Shown: piece after piece, positions 18,585 to 27,318 of the stretch | Layout: each line of letters begins with the position of its first letter | Numbering within the stretch: position 1 is the stretch's first letter | Assembly: GCA_037442105.1 (NCBI GenBank) | Contig: JBBIQV010000008.1 | Location: 62,001-90,089 of the forward strand | Direction of reading: 5' to 3' | DNA: 28,089 bases | DNA from: Nitrospiraceae bacterium | GTDB taxonomy: Bacteria; Nitrospirota; Nitrospiria; Nitrospirales; Nitrospiraceae | Notes under the pieces: model-generated | Told to the model about the DNA's origin: nothing | The model's input: only the letters and a program-made list of their open reading frames with translations | Databases searched by the model: none | Made by a program: the position numbers and the translations under genes

Positions 18585-19391
18585 GTGAAACTCATCCGGC
18601 CCCTCGCCCTCATGATCATCATTCTGCTTGTGGAATATCCGCAGGCAAGGACCTTCGCGCAGCAGGTCATTGCCCCGACCACCAACAAAATGGCCGAACG
18701 TTCGAGTCATGTGAAAGCGGTGATGAAGGGCGATCTTCTTCAACGCAACCGGCAATTGGTACAGCCGGAGCAGTTCCGCCGGGCCATTCTGCGATACCTG
18801 GAGCAAGAACTGGCGGGGAAGGTTCGCGAAGTGCATGTGTCGCTGATCGAGCCACAGGAAGCCCTGGCGGTACCGATGGGGCGACTCGACTTTGCGGTGC
18901 TCCCCAGCGTTCTCGACGAAGGACTCGGCCGGCGTCTCTTTCACATTCAACTCACCGTCAACGGCAAGCCTGTGGAGACGGTGGAGGTCACATCAGACGT
19001 AGCGGGATTCCTCGACGTCGTCGTCCCCACACGTTTTATTAAGACGGACGAAGTAATCGAAGCGGACGACGTCGCGCTCTCCCGCGTTAAATTGCTGGAT
19101 CTCAAGCAGCAATTTGTCACCGATATGGATGAAGTGGTCGGTAAGAGCGCGGCGCGCCCCCTGCAAGCCCAGGCACCGGTCAGACTCGTGTCCGTCAAGA
19201 AACCGTATGCGGTTCGCAAAGGCGATCGCGTCACGATCGAGGCGCGCGGAGGAGGGCTCTCCATTCAAACGGTCGGCACAACCAAGTCCGGCGGGCAGGT
19301 GGGCCAGATCGTGACCGTGACCAACGTGGATTCCGGTAAAGAGATTCGCGCCAAGGTCATCGGGCCGGGAGTCGTGCAAGTTGAATTCTAA
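18585..19391 (+). CDS. flgA: P-ring assembly chaperone FlgA
   Basis: Hydrophobic leader, SAF-like domain, VRKGDRVTI...GGQVGQIVTVTNVDSGKEI; lies between flgG and flgH. Confidence 0.92.
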   Translation: MKLIRPLALMIIILLVEYPQARTFAQQVIAPTTNKMAERSSHVKAVMKGDLLQRNRQLVQPEQFRRAILRYLEQELAGKVREVHVSLIEPQEALAVPMGRLDFAVLPSVLDEGLGRRLFHIQLTVNGKPVETVEVTSDVAGFLDVVVPTRFIKTDEVIEADDVALSRVKLLDLKQQFVTDMDEVVGKSAARPLQAQAPVRLVSVKKPYAVRKGDRVTIEARGGGLSIQTVGTTKSGGQVGQIVTVTNVDSGKEIRAKVIGPGVVQVEF

Positions 19392-20076
19392 GTACGGGTC
19401 GTTCCAACCATTGGTCCTCCTGGCTGTCGCCGGTTGGTTGGCCGGTTGCCAGTCGATGCCCACGGTCCATTCCAAATTGGTCGTGGCGCCGCTCCCGCCT
19501 CCGAAAACCGTCGGGTCGTTGTGGCAGGAAGAGAATGGACGCGCATATCTCTACGAAGATCTCCGGGCAATGCGAGTCGGAGACATCCTGACCATCAAAA
19601 TCGTTGAGAAGCACAAGGGGTCCAAGTCAGCCGATACGAAAGCGGAACGTGAATCGACGATCGAGAACGGCTTGAGCGGAACCGGAGCGGGTTATCTGGG
19701 AATTCCCGGAGTGCGACTCGGAGCGGAAGCCACGCGAGGTTTAGGCGTGGAAGCATCCGCCAAAAACAAGTTCGGGGGGAAGGGCGCGACGGCGCGCGAG
19801 GATACATTGACCGGCACGATTTCCGCTATTGTGACGGACGTCCTGCCGAACGGCGATCTGCGGATCGAGGGCCGCCGTGAGGTGACGGTGAACAGCGAAA
19901 AGCAATTGATGACCCTCAGCGGCGTCGTTCGGCGAGTCGATGTCGATACGAAAAACACGGTGTTGTCGTCGGCCATCGCCGACGCGAAGATCGAATACTC
20001 GGGCCTCGGAGTCGTCGATGACGTGCAGCGGCCGGGCTGGCTCGTGAGGATTCTGGATTGGATCTACCCGTTCTGA
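19381..20076 (+). CDS. flgH: L-ring lipoprotein FlgH
   Basis: Lipobox LAGC; LYEDLRAMRVGDILTI, VLPNGDLRIEGRREV, IADAKIEYSG, PGWL. Confidence 0.96.
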   Translation: MNSKYGSFQPLVLLAVAGWLAGCQSMPTVHSKLVVAPLPPPKTVGSLWQEENGRAYLYEDLRAMRVGDILTIKIVEKHKGSKSADTKAERESTIENGLSGTGAGYLGIPGVRLGAEATRGLGVEASAKNKFGGKGATAREDTLTGTISAIVTDVLPNGDLRIEGRREVTVNSEKQLMTLSGVVRRVDVDTKNTVLSSAIADAKIEYSGLGVVDDVQRPGWLVRILDWIYPF

Positions 20077-20077
20077 T

Positions 20078-20210
20078 GAAGAGCTAACAGCCAACAGCAC
20101 GTAGCTAACAGCAAGAATTAGGAGAGGCTAACCACAATGCGCCATGCGCTATTCGTTATTCGCTATTCGCTGGTTAGGCGCTGTTGGCTGTTCGCTCTCT
20201 GCTGTTCGCT
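20078..20210. repeat. 7-bp repeat inverted element spanning the flgI RBS and start codon
   Basis: Left arm GAAGAGC TAACAGC CAACAGC ACGTAGC TAACAGC; right arm inside the CDS GCTATTC GTTATTC GCTATTC ... GCTGTTG GCTGTTC GCTCTCT GCTGTTC. Confidence 0.8.
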
Positions 20211-21294
20211 GATTGCGGGGCCGGCCGATGCAGTCCGGATCAAGGACATCGGCTCCATCGAAGGAGTCCGGGAGAATCAACTCATCGGCTATGGCCTGGT
20301 CGTTGGGCTCGATCGTACCGGCGATCAGGTCATCGGCGGCCAGTTCACCATTCAGGCCATGATGTCCATGCTCAACAAAATGGGGATCAATCTCGTGATC
20401 GATCCGATCCAGTTGTTGACCAGGAACATCGCCTCGGTCATGGTGACAGCCAAGCTGCCGCCCTTCTCCAAGCCCGGCATGACGCTTGATGCAATCGTCT
20501 CCTCCATGGCCAATGCGAAGAGCCTTCAGGGAGGCACCCTGCTATTGACACCGCTCAAAGCGCCCAACCAGCAAGTGTTCGCTGTCGCACAAGGGCCGGT
20601 CTCGATCGGGGGATTCTTGGGTGGTACGGGGGGGGCAGGGGGCGCGACGGTTACTAAGAACCACCAAGCAGCCGGCGTCGTCCCCAGCGGCGCCATCGTC
20701 GAAAAAGAAATCGCCGTCAACATTGAGAACTGGGATTCCGTTTCCATCCTGCTGCGGCAAGCGGATTTCACCACTTCCATTCGCACGGCCGAGGCTATCG
20801 ACAATGTTTTTGGGCGGGGCACCGCGGTGCCCGTCAATGCCGGCCTTGTGAAGTCATCGATCCCTTCCACCTTCCAGGGCCGCATCGTGGAATACATCGC
20901 CACCATGGAAGGCTTGGATGTGGCGGTGGACCTTCCCGCAAAAGTAGTCGTCAACGAACGGACGGGAACGGTCGTTCTCGGTGAGCATGTTCGCATCTCG
21001 ACCTGCGCCATTTCCCATGGCAATCTGACCATCTCGGTAAAAAACACCCTGAATGTCTCCCAACCGCCCGCCCCTCTGATTGGATCGACAGGCGGCCAAA
21101 CGACCATCACTCCTGATGTGCAGACTGATGTTAAGGAACAAGAAACCCGTCTCATGGTTGTGGATGAGACCGTCACCCTCGGAGAAGTAGTGCGAGCTCT
21201 GAACGCAGTCGGGGTAACGCCGCGAGATCTTGTCGCTATTCTGTCGGCACTGAAAGCCGCTGGAGCACTTCAAGCTAATCTTGAGATTATTTAA
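20137..21294 (+). CDS. flgI: P-ring protein FlgI
   Basis: RIKDI...GVRENQLIGYGLVVGLDRTGD, AKSLQGGTLLLTPL, KVVVNERTGTVV, LKAAGALQA. Confidence 0.98.
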   Translation: MRHALFVIRYSLVRRCWLFALCCSLIAGPADAVRIKDIGSIEGVRENQLIGYGLVVGLDRTGDQVIGGQFTIQAMMSMLNKMGINLVIDPIQLLTRNIASVMVTAKLPPFSKPGMTLDAIVSSMANAKSLQGGTLLLTPLKAPNQQVFAVAQGPVSIGGFLGGTGGAGGATVTKNHQAAGVVPSGAIVEKEIAVNIENWDSVSILLRQADFTTSIRTAEAIDNVFGRGTAVPVNAGLVKSSIPSTFQGRIVEYIATMEGLDVAVDLPAKVVVNERTGTVVLGEHVRISTCAISHGNLTISVKNTLNVSQPPAPLIGSTGGQTTITPDVQTDVKEQETRLMVVDETVTLGEVVRALNAVGVTPRDLVAILSALKAAGALQANLEII

Positions 21295-21304
21295 CTAAGA
21301 CTAT

Positions 21305-21751
21305 ATGGAACCATATCTTCACTCCATGACATCACTTGAAATTCCTGGGCCAGGTTCTATGGATAAACTGGCATTGCTGCAACAGACGAATCGCCCGCCC
21401 AGGGCGAACAGCATCCGCGAGGCCGGCCACGAGTTTGAAGGGTTTTTTATCTCCTATCTCATTAAAATCATGAGAGAAACCGTTCCAAGCGGGTCATTGG
21501 AGAATAAAGCTGGGCAAATGTTCTATTCCTTCTATGACCAAGAAATCGGGCGATTGGCCGCCCAGGCGGGAGGTCTAGGGCTGGGTACCATGATCGAAGA
21601 ATATATTGAAAAAAATTCCTCACCAACGGACAAGATCCCGCTAAAGTTATCTCCCTCTCTTGCCGATAAGAACCTCGACGAGGCGAAAAGCCTCATGCTG
21701 GATGGGCTGAACCAGCAGCGACACGCGGTACAACAAGAAGAGAGGAGATAG
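21305..21751 (+). CDS. flgJ: FlgJ rod-binding domain protein (no muramidase domain)
   Basis: IREAGHEFEGFFISYLIKIMRETVP...DQEIG...GGLGLG; follows flgI. Confidence 0.85.
   Translation: MEPYLHSMTSLEIPGPGSMDKLALLQQTNRPPRANSIREAGHEFEGFFISYLIKIMRETVPSGSLENKAGQMFYSFYDQEIGRLAAQAGGLGLGTMIEEYIEKNSSPTDKIPLKLSPSLADKNLDEAKSLMLDGLNQQRHAVQQEERR
21642..21669 (+). promoter_or_regulatory. Sigma28 promoter for flgMN(KL), inside flgJ
   Basis: TAAAGTTA-N12-GCCGATAA (TAAA-N16-GCCGATAA), 85 bp before flgM. Confidence 0.85.
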
Positions 21752-21753
21752 TC

Positions 21754-22056
21754 ATGGAAATTTCCGGGCGTGGCCGCGCGGCGGAACTTGCGAAACTCTT
21801 GCTCGGCGTACAGGAGCCAGACCAGCCGACGACCAAGAAATACACCAAGGCCGAAGGGCAAAGTGATCGGGTTCAGATTTCCGAGCAGGCGAAAGAACTG
21901 CAGCGGATCAAGGCATTGACCAACCAACCGGATCAGACTCGGGCCGAGCACGTCGAACGGCTGCGGCGTGCCATCGACAACGGAACCTATACGGTCCAAG
22001 GACGGTCGGTCGGCGATGCCATTATCCGTCACGCGCTGACTGACACGGTTCTTTGA
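21754..22056 (+). CDS. flgM: Anti-sigma28 factor FlgM
   Basis: DRVQISEQAKEL...RAEHVERLRRAIDNGTYTV; RBS GAGGAG. Confidence 0.93.
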   Translation: MEISGRGRAAELAKLLLGVQEPDQPTTKKYTKAEGQSDRVQISEQAKELQRIKALTNQPDQTRAEHVERLRRAIDNGTYTVQGRSVGDAIIRHALTDTVL

Positions 22057-22131
22057 TCCGCCTTCTCCTTGATTCAGAGGGGTGGCCAGAGGACCGAATC
22101 AACTCCGACGCACCTCGGCAAGGAGAATCCT

Positions 22132-22638
22132 ATGAGTCGCGCATCCTCCGTCATTCCACATCTCACCGACATCCTGATCCGTGAGGAGGCGGAATGCGAC
22201 CGGCTTCTGGCGACGCTTCGTGAAGAGCGCACGGCGATCCGCCGGCTGACCCTCTCAGATTTTGGCACCATCAACGAGCACCGCCTTAACATTCTGCATT
22301 CTCTCGACGAGATTGAGGCGGAGCGACGGCATGCGATGGATCATCTTGCCGAGATGTGGGGAGCCCCGCCCAATTCCTTGACCCTTCAGGCTGTCATCGA
22401 TCGATTCAAGACGTCGGGAAACCAGGGGCTCGAAGAGCAGCACACGAGGCTGGCGGGAAAAATTCGCGCTGCACGCGAGGAGATTGCTTTCAACGCGCGG
22501 CTGATCGACGGTATCCAGACCTTCATCAAAAAAGCCCTTCACGCCTGGACCGACGCGGCGCCCAAAGAAGGGATTTATTCATCGTCCGGAGCGTGTCGTC
22601 CGGACGGGACCGGCGCCCTTCTGCGGCAGCGAGGGTAA
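22132..22638 (+). CDS. flgN: Export chaperone FlgN
   Basis: Helical protein between flgM and flgK with FNARLI and C-terminal GIYSSSG; ATG 22132 follows AAGGAG. Confidence 0.85.
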   Translation: MSRASSVIPHLTDILIREEAECDRLLATLREERTAIRRLTLSDFGTINEHRLNILHSLDEIEAERRHAMDHLAEMWGAPPNSLTLQAVIDRFKTSGNQGLEEQHTRLAGKIRAAREEIAFNARLIDGIQTFIKKALHAWTDAAPKEGIYSSSGACRPDGTGALLRQRG

Positions 22639-22643
22639 GCGAT

Positions 22644-24668
22644 ATGGGACTTAACGGACTATTCGACATCGCGCGGAGTGCGTTGACGACGACTCAACAA
22701 GCTCTGACCGTCGCGGGCCATAACGTCGCCAATGTGAATACGCCGGGGTATTCCCGGCAGGAAGCGATCCTGACCGAGCGGTCGCCGCTGTACGGTCAGC
22801 CGGGCATGATCGGGACCGGAGTCCAGGCGACCCGCATCCGGCGCGTCGTTGATCAATTCGTGAACCGGGAGCTCACCGGCGTCCGGCAGACTCTCGGCCG
22901 GCTGACGCTGTCCCGAGAAGAACTGTTCCGACTCCAGGCCATAATCGGCGATACGAACGATCAGGGCATCGGCGCGCGGCTCAATGGATTCTTCATGGGA
23001 TTGCAGGACGTCGCCTCCAGCCCGGCCGACGTGACCCCCCGTTCGGTTCTTTTGGCAAGAGCCTCGCTCCTCGCCGCGGGTCTGAATCAAGTGGCCTCCG
23101 ATCTCTCGACCGCCCGTCTTACCCTGAATCAACAGATCAAGCAGACCGTCACCGAAATCAACAGCCTGACCAAGCAGATCGCCGAGCTGAACGACAAGAT
23201 CGTTTCCGCCGAGGCGGGAGGACAACAGGCGAACGATTTGCGCGATCAACGCGACGTGCTCCTCAACGACCTGGCCGAGCGCATCGACATGACGACCTTC
23301 GAATCGGGGACCGGTGCCGTCTCCGTCTTTGCCGCTCGCGGGCAGGTTATCGTAGAAGGAGGCACGACGCGCCAGTTGGCCGCCGTTGAATCGTTGGACA
23401 ACGACGGGCTCGTCGATATCGGGTACGACACGGGCGGCACAAGGACGCTGAACATCGCGTCATTGATCACGAACGGTCGACTCCGGGGACTACTCGACGT
23501 GCGAGACACGACCATTCCGGACCTTCAGCGGTCGTTCGATCGGTTAGCCGCCACGCTGGTGAACGAGATGAACCAGATTCACCGGCAGGGGTATGGGTTG
23601 GATGGATCGACGAAGCTCGATTTCTTCGCTCCGCTGGCCGTGACGACCCACGCGGATGCCGACAATCAGGGGAGCGGGAGCTTGAGCAATGCCGCTATCG
23701 CAGCGAACAACTTGCTCACGTTCCATGACTATGAGATCCGGTTCACCTCAGCGACCGCCTATTCGATCGTCGATACCACGACCGGCTCGACCATCAGGGG
23801 CAATTACACAGGCACGGCCATCACGGCTCCGACAGTGGATGCCCCGATTTCCATCATCACAGGTTCCAACGAAACCCTGACCGTAACGGTCGACGGCACC
23901 ACGTCCGGCACGATCACCCTCGCCGGAGCCGCATCGCCCGGTCAGGCCTACACTTCAGGAGCTGCACTGGCACTCGAACTCCAGAACAAAATCAACGCCG
24001 ATGCAACGCTGCAGGCTGCCGCCCGTACGGTTGCCGTGACCTACGACACCACGACCAGCCGCTTCGTCATCACGTCCAATTCGACGAGCGCGACCTCGGC
24101 GGTCGACGTGACCGGTGGAACCGCCCGCGCCACTCTCGGTCTGGTCAGCGGCACGAGCACGGCCGCCACCGGAACCTATAGCGGCCCGCGGACGCTGGCG
24201 TTCGACGGCCTGAGCCTCACACTCAGCGGCACCCCCGCAGCCAACGATGTCTTCACGATCAATTCGTACGATGATGCCGCCAGGAACGTGAGTGTGGCGC
24301 TCACCAGCGGAGCGAAGATCGCGGCGTCGTCAAGCCCGACCGGTGTCCCCGGCAATAACGACAACGTCTTGGCGTTGGTGGCCCTCCAGAATCGGACATT
24401 TGCCGGCCTGGGCACAGCAACGCTGGGCGACGCCTACCGAAACGCGGCCGCCGGAATCGGCGTGACGGCCCAGACCGCCGACCGAGAGCTGCAAGCTCAA
24501 GACATTCTCAGAGAACAGATCGACACGTTTCGTGCACAGGTGTCCGGCGTGTCGATCGACGAAGAGCTGGTCGATCTCATCAAGTATCAGCGAGGATTCG
24601 AGGCGGCATCCCGATTGATCGTGATCACGGACGAAATGTTCCAGATGCTGCTCTCGATCAAGCGATAG
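22644..24668 (+). CDS. flgK: Hook-associated protein FlgK (674 aa)
   Basis: GHNVANVNTPGYSRQ, ANDLRDQRD, VSGVSIDEELVDLIKYQRGFEAASR. Start reassigned to ATG 22644. Confidence 0.97.
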   Translation: MGLNGLFDIARSALTTTQQALTVAGHNVANVNTPGYSRQEAILTERSPLYGQPGMIGTGVQATRIRRVVDQFVNRELTGVRQTLGRLTLSREELFRLQAIIGDTNDQGIGARLNGFFMGLQDVASSPADVTPRSVLLARASLLAAGLNQVASDLSTARLTLNQQIKQTVTEINSLTKQIAELNDKIVSAEAGGQQANDLRDQRDVLLNDLAERIDMTTFESGTGAVSVFAARGQVIVEGGTTRQLAAVESLDNDGLVDIGYDTGGTRTLNIASLITNGRLRGLLDVRDTTIPDLQRSFDRLAATLVNEMNQIHRQGYGLDGSTKLDFFAPLAVTTHADADNQGSGSLSNAAIAANNLLTFHDYEIRFTSATAYSIVDTTTGSTIRGNYTGTAITAPTVDAPISIITGSNETLTVTVDGTTSGTITLAGAASPGQAYTSGAALALELQNKINADATLQAAARTVAVTYDTTTSRFVITSNSTSATSAVDVTGGTARATLGLVSGTSTAATGTYSGPRTLAFDGLSLTLSGTPAANDVFTINSYDDAARNVSVALTSGAKIAASSSPTGVPGNNDNVLALVALQNRTFAGLGTATLGDAYRNAAAGIGVTAQTADRELQAQDILREQIDTFRAQVSGVSIDEELVDLIKYQRGFEAASRLIVITDEMFQMLLSIKR

Positions 24669-24684
24669 ACATGGAGTACATGCC

Positions 24685-26451
24685 ATGCGAGTGACCGAAC
24701 AACAGACCTTCGGCATTCTCGTCAACAACCTCCAGCGGTCCCGCGTCAGAGCCTTGGAAGCTCAACAACAGGTGTCGACGGGAAAACGCGTCCGTCAGCC
24801 CTCCGACGACCCGAGCGCATTCAACCACATCGCGCTGGACAAGGCCTCGCTGTCATCCATCGAGCAGCGCCTCCGAAACATCGACTTCGGCCGAACCCGC
24901 CTCGATCTCACCGATAAGGTTCTCGGCGATGCGACATTGAGCCTGGCGCGGGCCCAAGAACTTGCCGTCCGGTTCCGCAGCGATGTGTATGGGCCGGCCG
25001 AGCGGACCATCGGTGCACAGGAAGTCCGGCAGATCTTCGGGCAACTGCAACAGACCGCCAATTCGGAACTCAACGGGCGCGCGATCTTCACCGGTACCAG
25101 TACCCACGGCCGTTCCACCGGCCTGTCGATCACTACGCCGGTGACCTTGACCAACGGGACCAACGACACGCTCATTCTCGTCGTGGACGGGACGACCAGC
25201 GGCACCATCGACCTGACTTCCGGAACGGAATCGTTGAGCGGCACCGCGCTCGCCTCGCGTCTGCAAAGCCGGATCAATGCCGACACGGCTCTGAGTAGCC
25301 AAGGGAAGAGCGTCACGGTTACCTTCGATACGGATCATCTCGTCATTGTCTCCAACGGCTACGGTCCCGCTTCCTCGGTCGAGGTCACGGGCGGCACCAG
25401 CCGGTCCTCTCTCGGAATGGCCGGGGGCAGTACCACCACCGGCGCCGTTCCTTTCGCCTTGACGGCCACCGCCCGCGCCGCGTCCTCCAATACGGGCGGG
25501 GGAGTGGTCTCGCAGGGTCGCATTGCCGATGAGAACCGTGTGACCCTGGACGATTACCTTATCCGGTTCAGCTCTTCAACGACCTACGACGTGTATGACC
25601 TCGCCGCTCCGGTCGGCGTGACGGTGAACCCGGCGAATACCGGCGGCGTCATCAAGACCGATGCGGGGGTGGTGAACGCTTCGCAAGTTACGTTGCATAA
25701 CTACCAGATTCAATTCACGTCCAGCACGCAGTATTCCGTCGTCGACACGACGGCCGGGACCACTCTGTCCAGCGGGAACACCTATGTGCCCGGCAACGGC
25801 ATCACGTTCGATGGGCTGCAGGTTGTGTTGACGAACGGGGATCGCGGCGGCCCCCAAGCCGGCGATACCTTCACTGTCTCGCTGAATGCCAGAACCGTCT
25901 TGGCCAATCAAACGTACAGCACCGGTGCCGCTATCGCTTTCGACGGGCTCCGCATTGCCATCACGAACGGAACCGGTTCACCGGCTGCCGGCGATCGCTT
26001 CACCATTCTCACGGGAGTGCAGTACCAGGGAGACGCGGGCATCCACAACATCGAGGTGGGGACGGACCAGACGGTTCAGACCAACGTGCCCGGCAACCAG
26101 GTATTCACCGGTCCCTCAGTCGATCTGCTCGCTTCCATCAAGAACCTGACCGTTGCGCTCCGGGGAAATTTCGGCAGCGGTATTGCGCAGGGGGTGACCG
26201 ATACGAACCTCTCCCTCAGCCAAATCGGTTCAGTGCAGGGGGAAGTGGGAGCTTTGTCGAATCGCCTGGCCGCGACGTCAAACCGGCTGGAAGAGGCGAA
26301 GGGTTTCTTCACGGAGACCCTGTCCCAGACGGAAGATGTGGACCTGGTCAAGGCGATCTCGGACCTCACTTTGCAGCAATATGCTCTGGAGGCAGCCAGC
26401 CAAACCCTCACCCGCGTTTTTGAAAACACGCTTCTCAAATTCCTCAGGTAA
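24685..26451 (+). CDS. flgL: Hook-associated protein FlgL (enlarged, 588 aa)
   Basis: MRVT...[37 protein letters not shown]...LLKFLR. Confidence 0.96.
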   Translation: MRVTEQQTFGILVNNLQRSRVRALEAQQQVSTGKRVRQPSDDPSAFNHIALDKASLSSIEQRLRNIDFGRTRLDLTDKVLGDATLSLARAQELAVRFRSDVYGPAERTIGAQEVRQIFGQLQQTANSELNGRAIFTGTSTHGRSTGLSITTPVTLTNGTNDTLILVVDGTTSGTIDLTSGTESLSGTALASRLQSRINADTALSSQGKSVTVTFDTDHLVIVSNGYGPASSVEVTGGTSRSSLGMAGGSTTTGAVPFALTATARAASSNTGGGVVSQGRIADENRVTLDDYLIRFSSSTTYDVYDLAAPVGVTVNPANTGGVIKTDAGVVNASQVTLHNYQIQFTSSTQYSVVDTTAGTTLSSGNTYVPGNGITFDGLQVVLTNGDRGGPQAGDTFTVSLNARTVLANQTYSTGAAIAFDGLRIAITNGTGSPAAGDRFTILTGVQYQGDAGIHNIEVGTDQTVQTNVPGNQVFTGPSVDLLASIKNLTVALRGNFGSGIAQGVTDTNLSLSQIGSVQGEVGALSNRLAATSNRLEEAKGFFTETLSQTEDVDLVKAISDLTLQQYALEAASQTLTRVFENTLLKFLR

Positions 26452-26458
26452 TCCGCGA

Positions 26459-26485
26459 TTAAGTTTTTCCAAAATCGGCCGATAC
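26459..26485 (+). promoter_or_regulatory. Sigma28 promoter for csrA-fliW
   Basis: TTAAGTTT-N11-GCCGATAC with canonical spacing, 34 bp before the csrA ATG. Confidence 0.8.
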
Positions 26486-26518
26486 AGATCAGTAGGCGAT
26501 CAGCCAAGGAAGGCGATC

Positions 26519-26764
26519 ATGCTGGTCCTGACCCGCAGGCGTGGTGAAGGTCTCACGATCGGTCCGGATATCCGGGTTGTCGTGCTGGGCGTCAAAGGCG
26601 GCCAAGTCCGGCTCGGCATCGTGGCCCCGATGTCGGTGGAAGTCCATCGCGACGAGGTGTTCGCCAGGGTTCAGGAAGAAAACCGGATTGCGGCCATGAC
26701 GCAGGTCGTTCCGCTCGATGCATTCAGGCGCCTGGTCGAGGTCCATGGCCGGCGAAACAAGTGA
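26519..26764 (+). CDS. csrA: Carbon storage regulator CsrA
   Basis: [15 protein letters not shown]...QVRLGIVAP...VHRDEV, plus the C-terminal EENRIAA extension typical of FliW-associated CsrA. Confidence 0.96.
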   Translation: MLVLTRRRGEGLTIGPDIRVVVLGVKGGQVRLGIVAPMSVEVHRDEVFARVQEENRIAAMTQVVPLDAFRRLVEVHGRRNK

Positions 26765-26773
26765 GGGCAACGC

Positions 26774-27256
26774 ATGAGGTTTTCCACAACGCGTTTCGGG
26801 AATGTGGATGTTCGCCACGACGCCGTCCTGACCTTTCCTTCGGGCATCCTTGGATTCCCGGATTGGACGCGCTATGTGATTCTGGACCACGATACGGACG
26901 CACCGTTCAAGTGGTTGCAATGCGTGGAGCAACCGGACCTGGCCTTCGTGGTCATGGATCCCGCGCTATTCAAGAGTGACTACTCGGTCGAGCTCTCGGC
27001 GGAGGCCTTGGCCGAAGTCAAAGGCGTGGAGTCGGACGACCTTACGCTTGCGGTCATCCTGACAATTCCCTCTGAAGACCCGGCTCGAATCACCGCCAAC
27101 CTGCGCGGGCCGTTGTTGATGAATCCACGGACATCGTTGTGCAAGCAACTCGTCCTGAGCGATTGCTATCCCACCCGCTATCCGCTTTTCCCCATGAGCG
27201 CGTCCGTCGCAGCTCAACGAACCGTCATCCTTCACGAAGTGCCATGCCCGGTGTAA
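26774..27256 (+). CDS. fliW: Flagellar assembly factor FliW
   Basis: TTRFG, FPSGILGF, WLQC, LAFVVMDP, TANLRGPL. Confidence 0.95.
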   Translation: MRFSTTRFGNVDVRHDAVLTFPSGILGFPDWTRYVILDHDTDAPFKWLQCVEQPDLAFVVMDPALFKSDYSVELSAEALAEVKGVESDDLTLAVILTIPSEDPARITANLRGPLLMNPRTSLCKQLVLSDCYPTRYPLFPMSASVAAQRTVILHEVPCPV

Positions 27257-27318
27257 CTCGGATTATATTCAAGAGCGTTGATCCGCATTCGTCTGCCGAG
27301 CATGAGAAACAGGCTGAG

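Noticed and set aside
21270..21620. AT-richer patch at the flgI end and flgJ as foreign DNA
   Set aside because: flgJ is in its canonical position, there are no mobility signatures, and the patch is short.
27246..27273. dif/XerCD-like site GCCCGGTGTAA-CTCGGA-TTATATTCAAG near an IS1202-like element
   Set aside because: The XerD-like arm matches E. coli dif at 8/11 but the XerC arm only 5/11. It overlaps the fliW stop and lies 45 bp from the IS end, whereas xrs-targeting members insert a few bp away. Probably chance.
27269..27302. Possible sigma28 promoter TCAAG...GCCGAGCA after fliW
   Set aside because: The spacer is about 22 bp, far from the 15-16 bp required.
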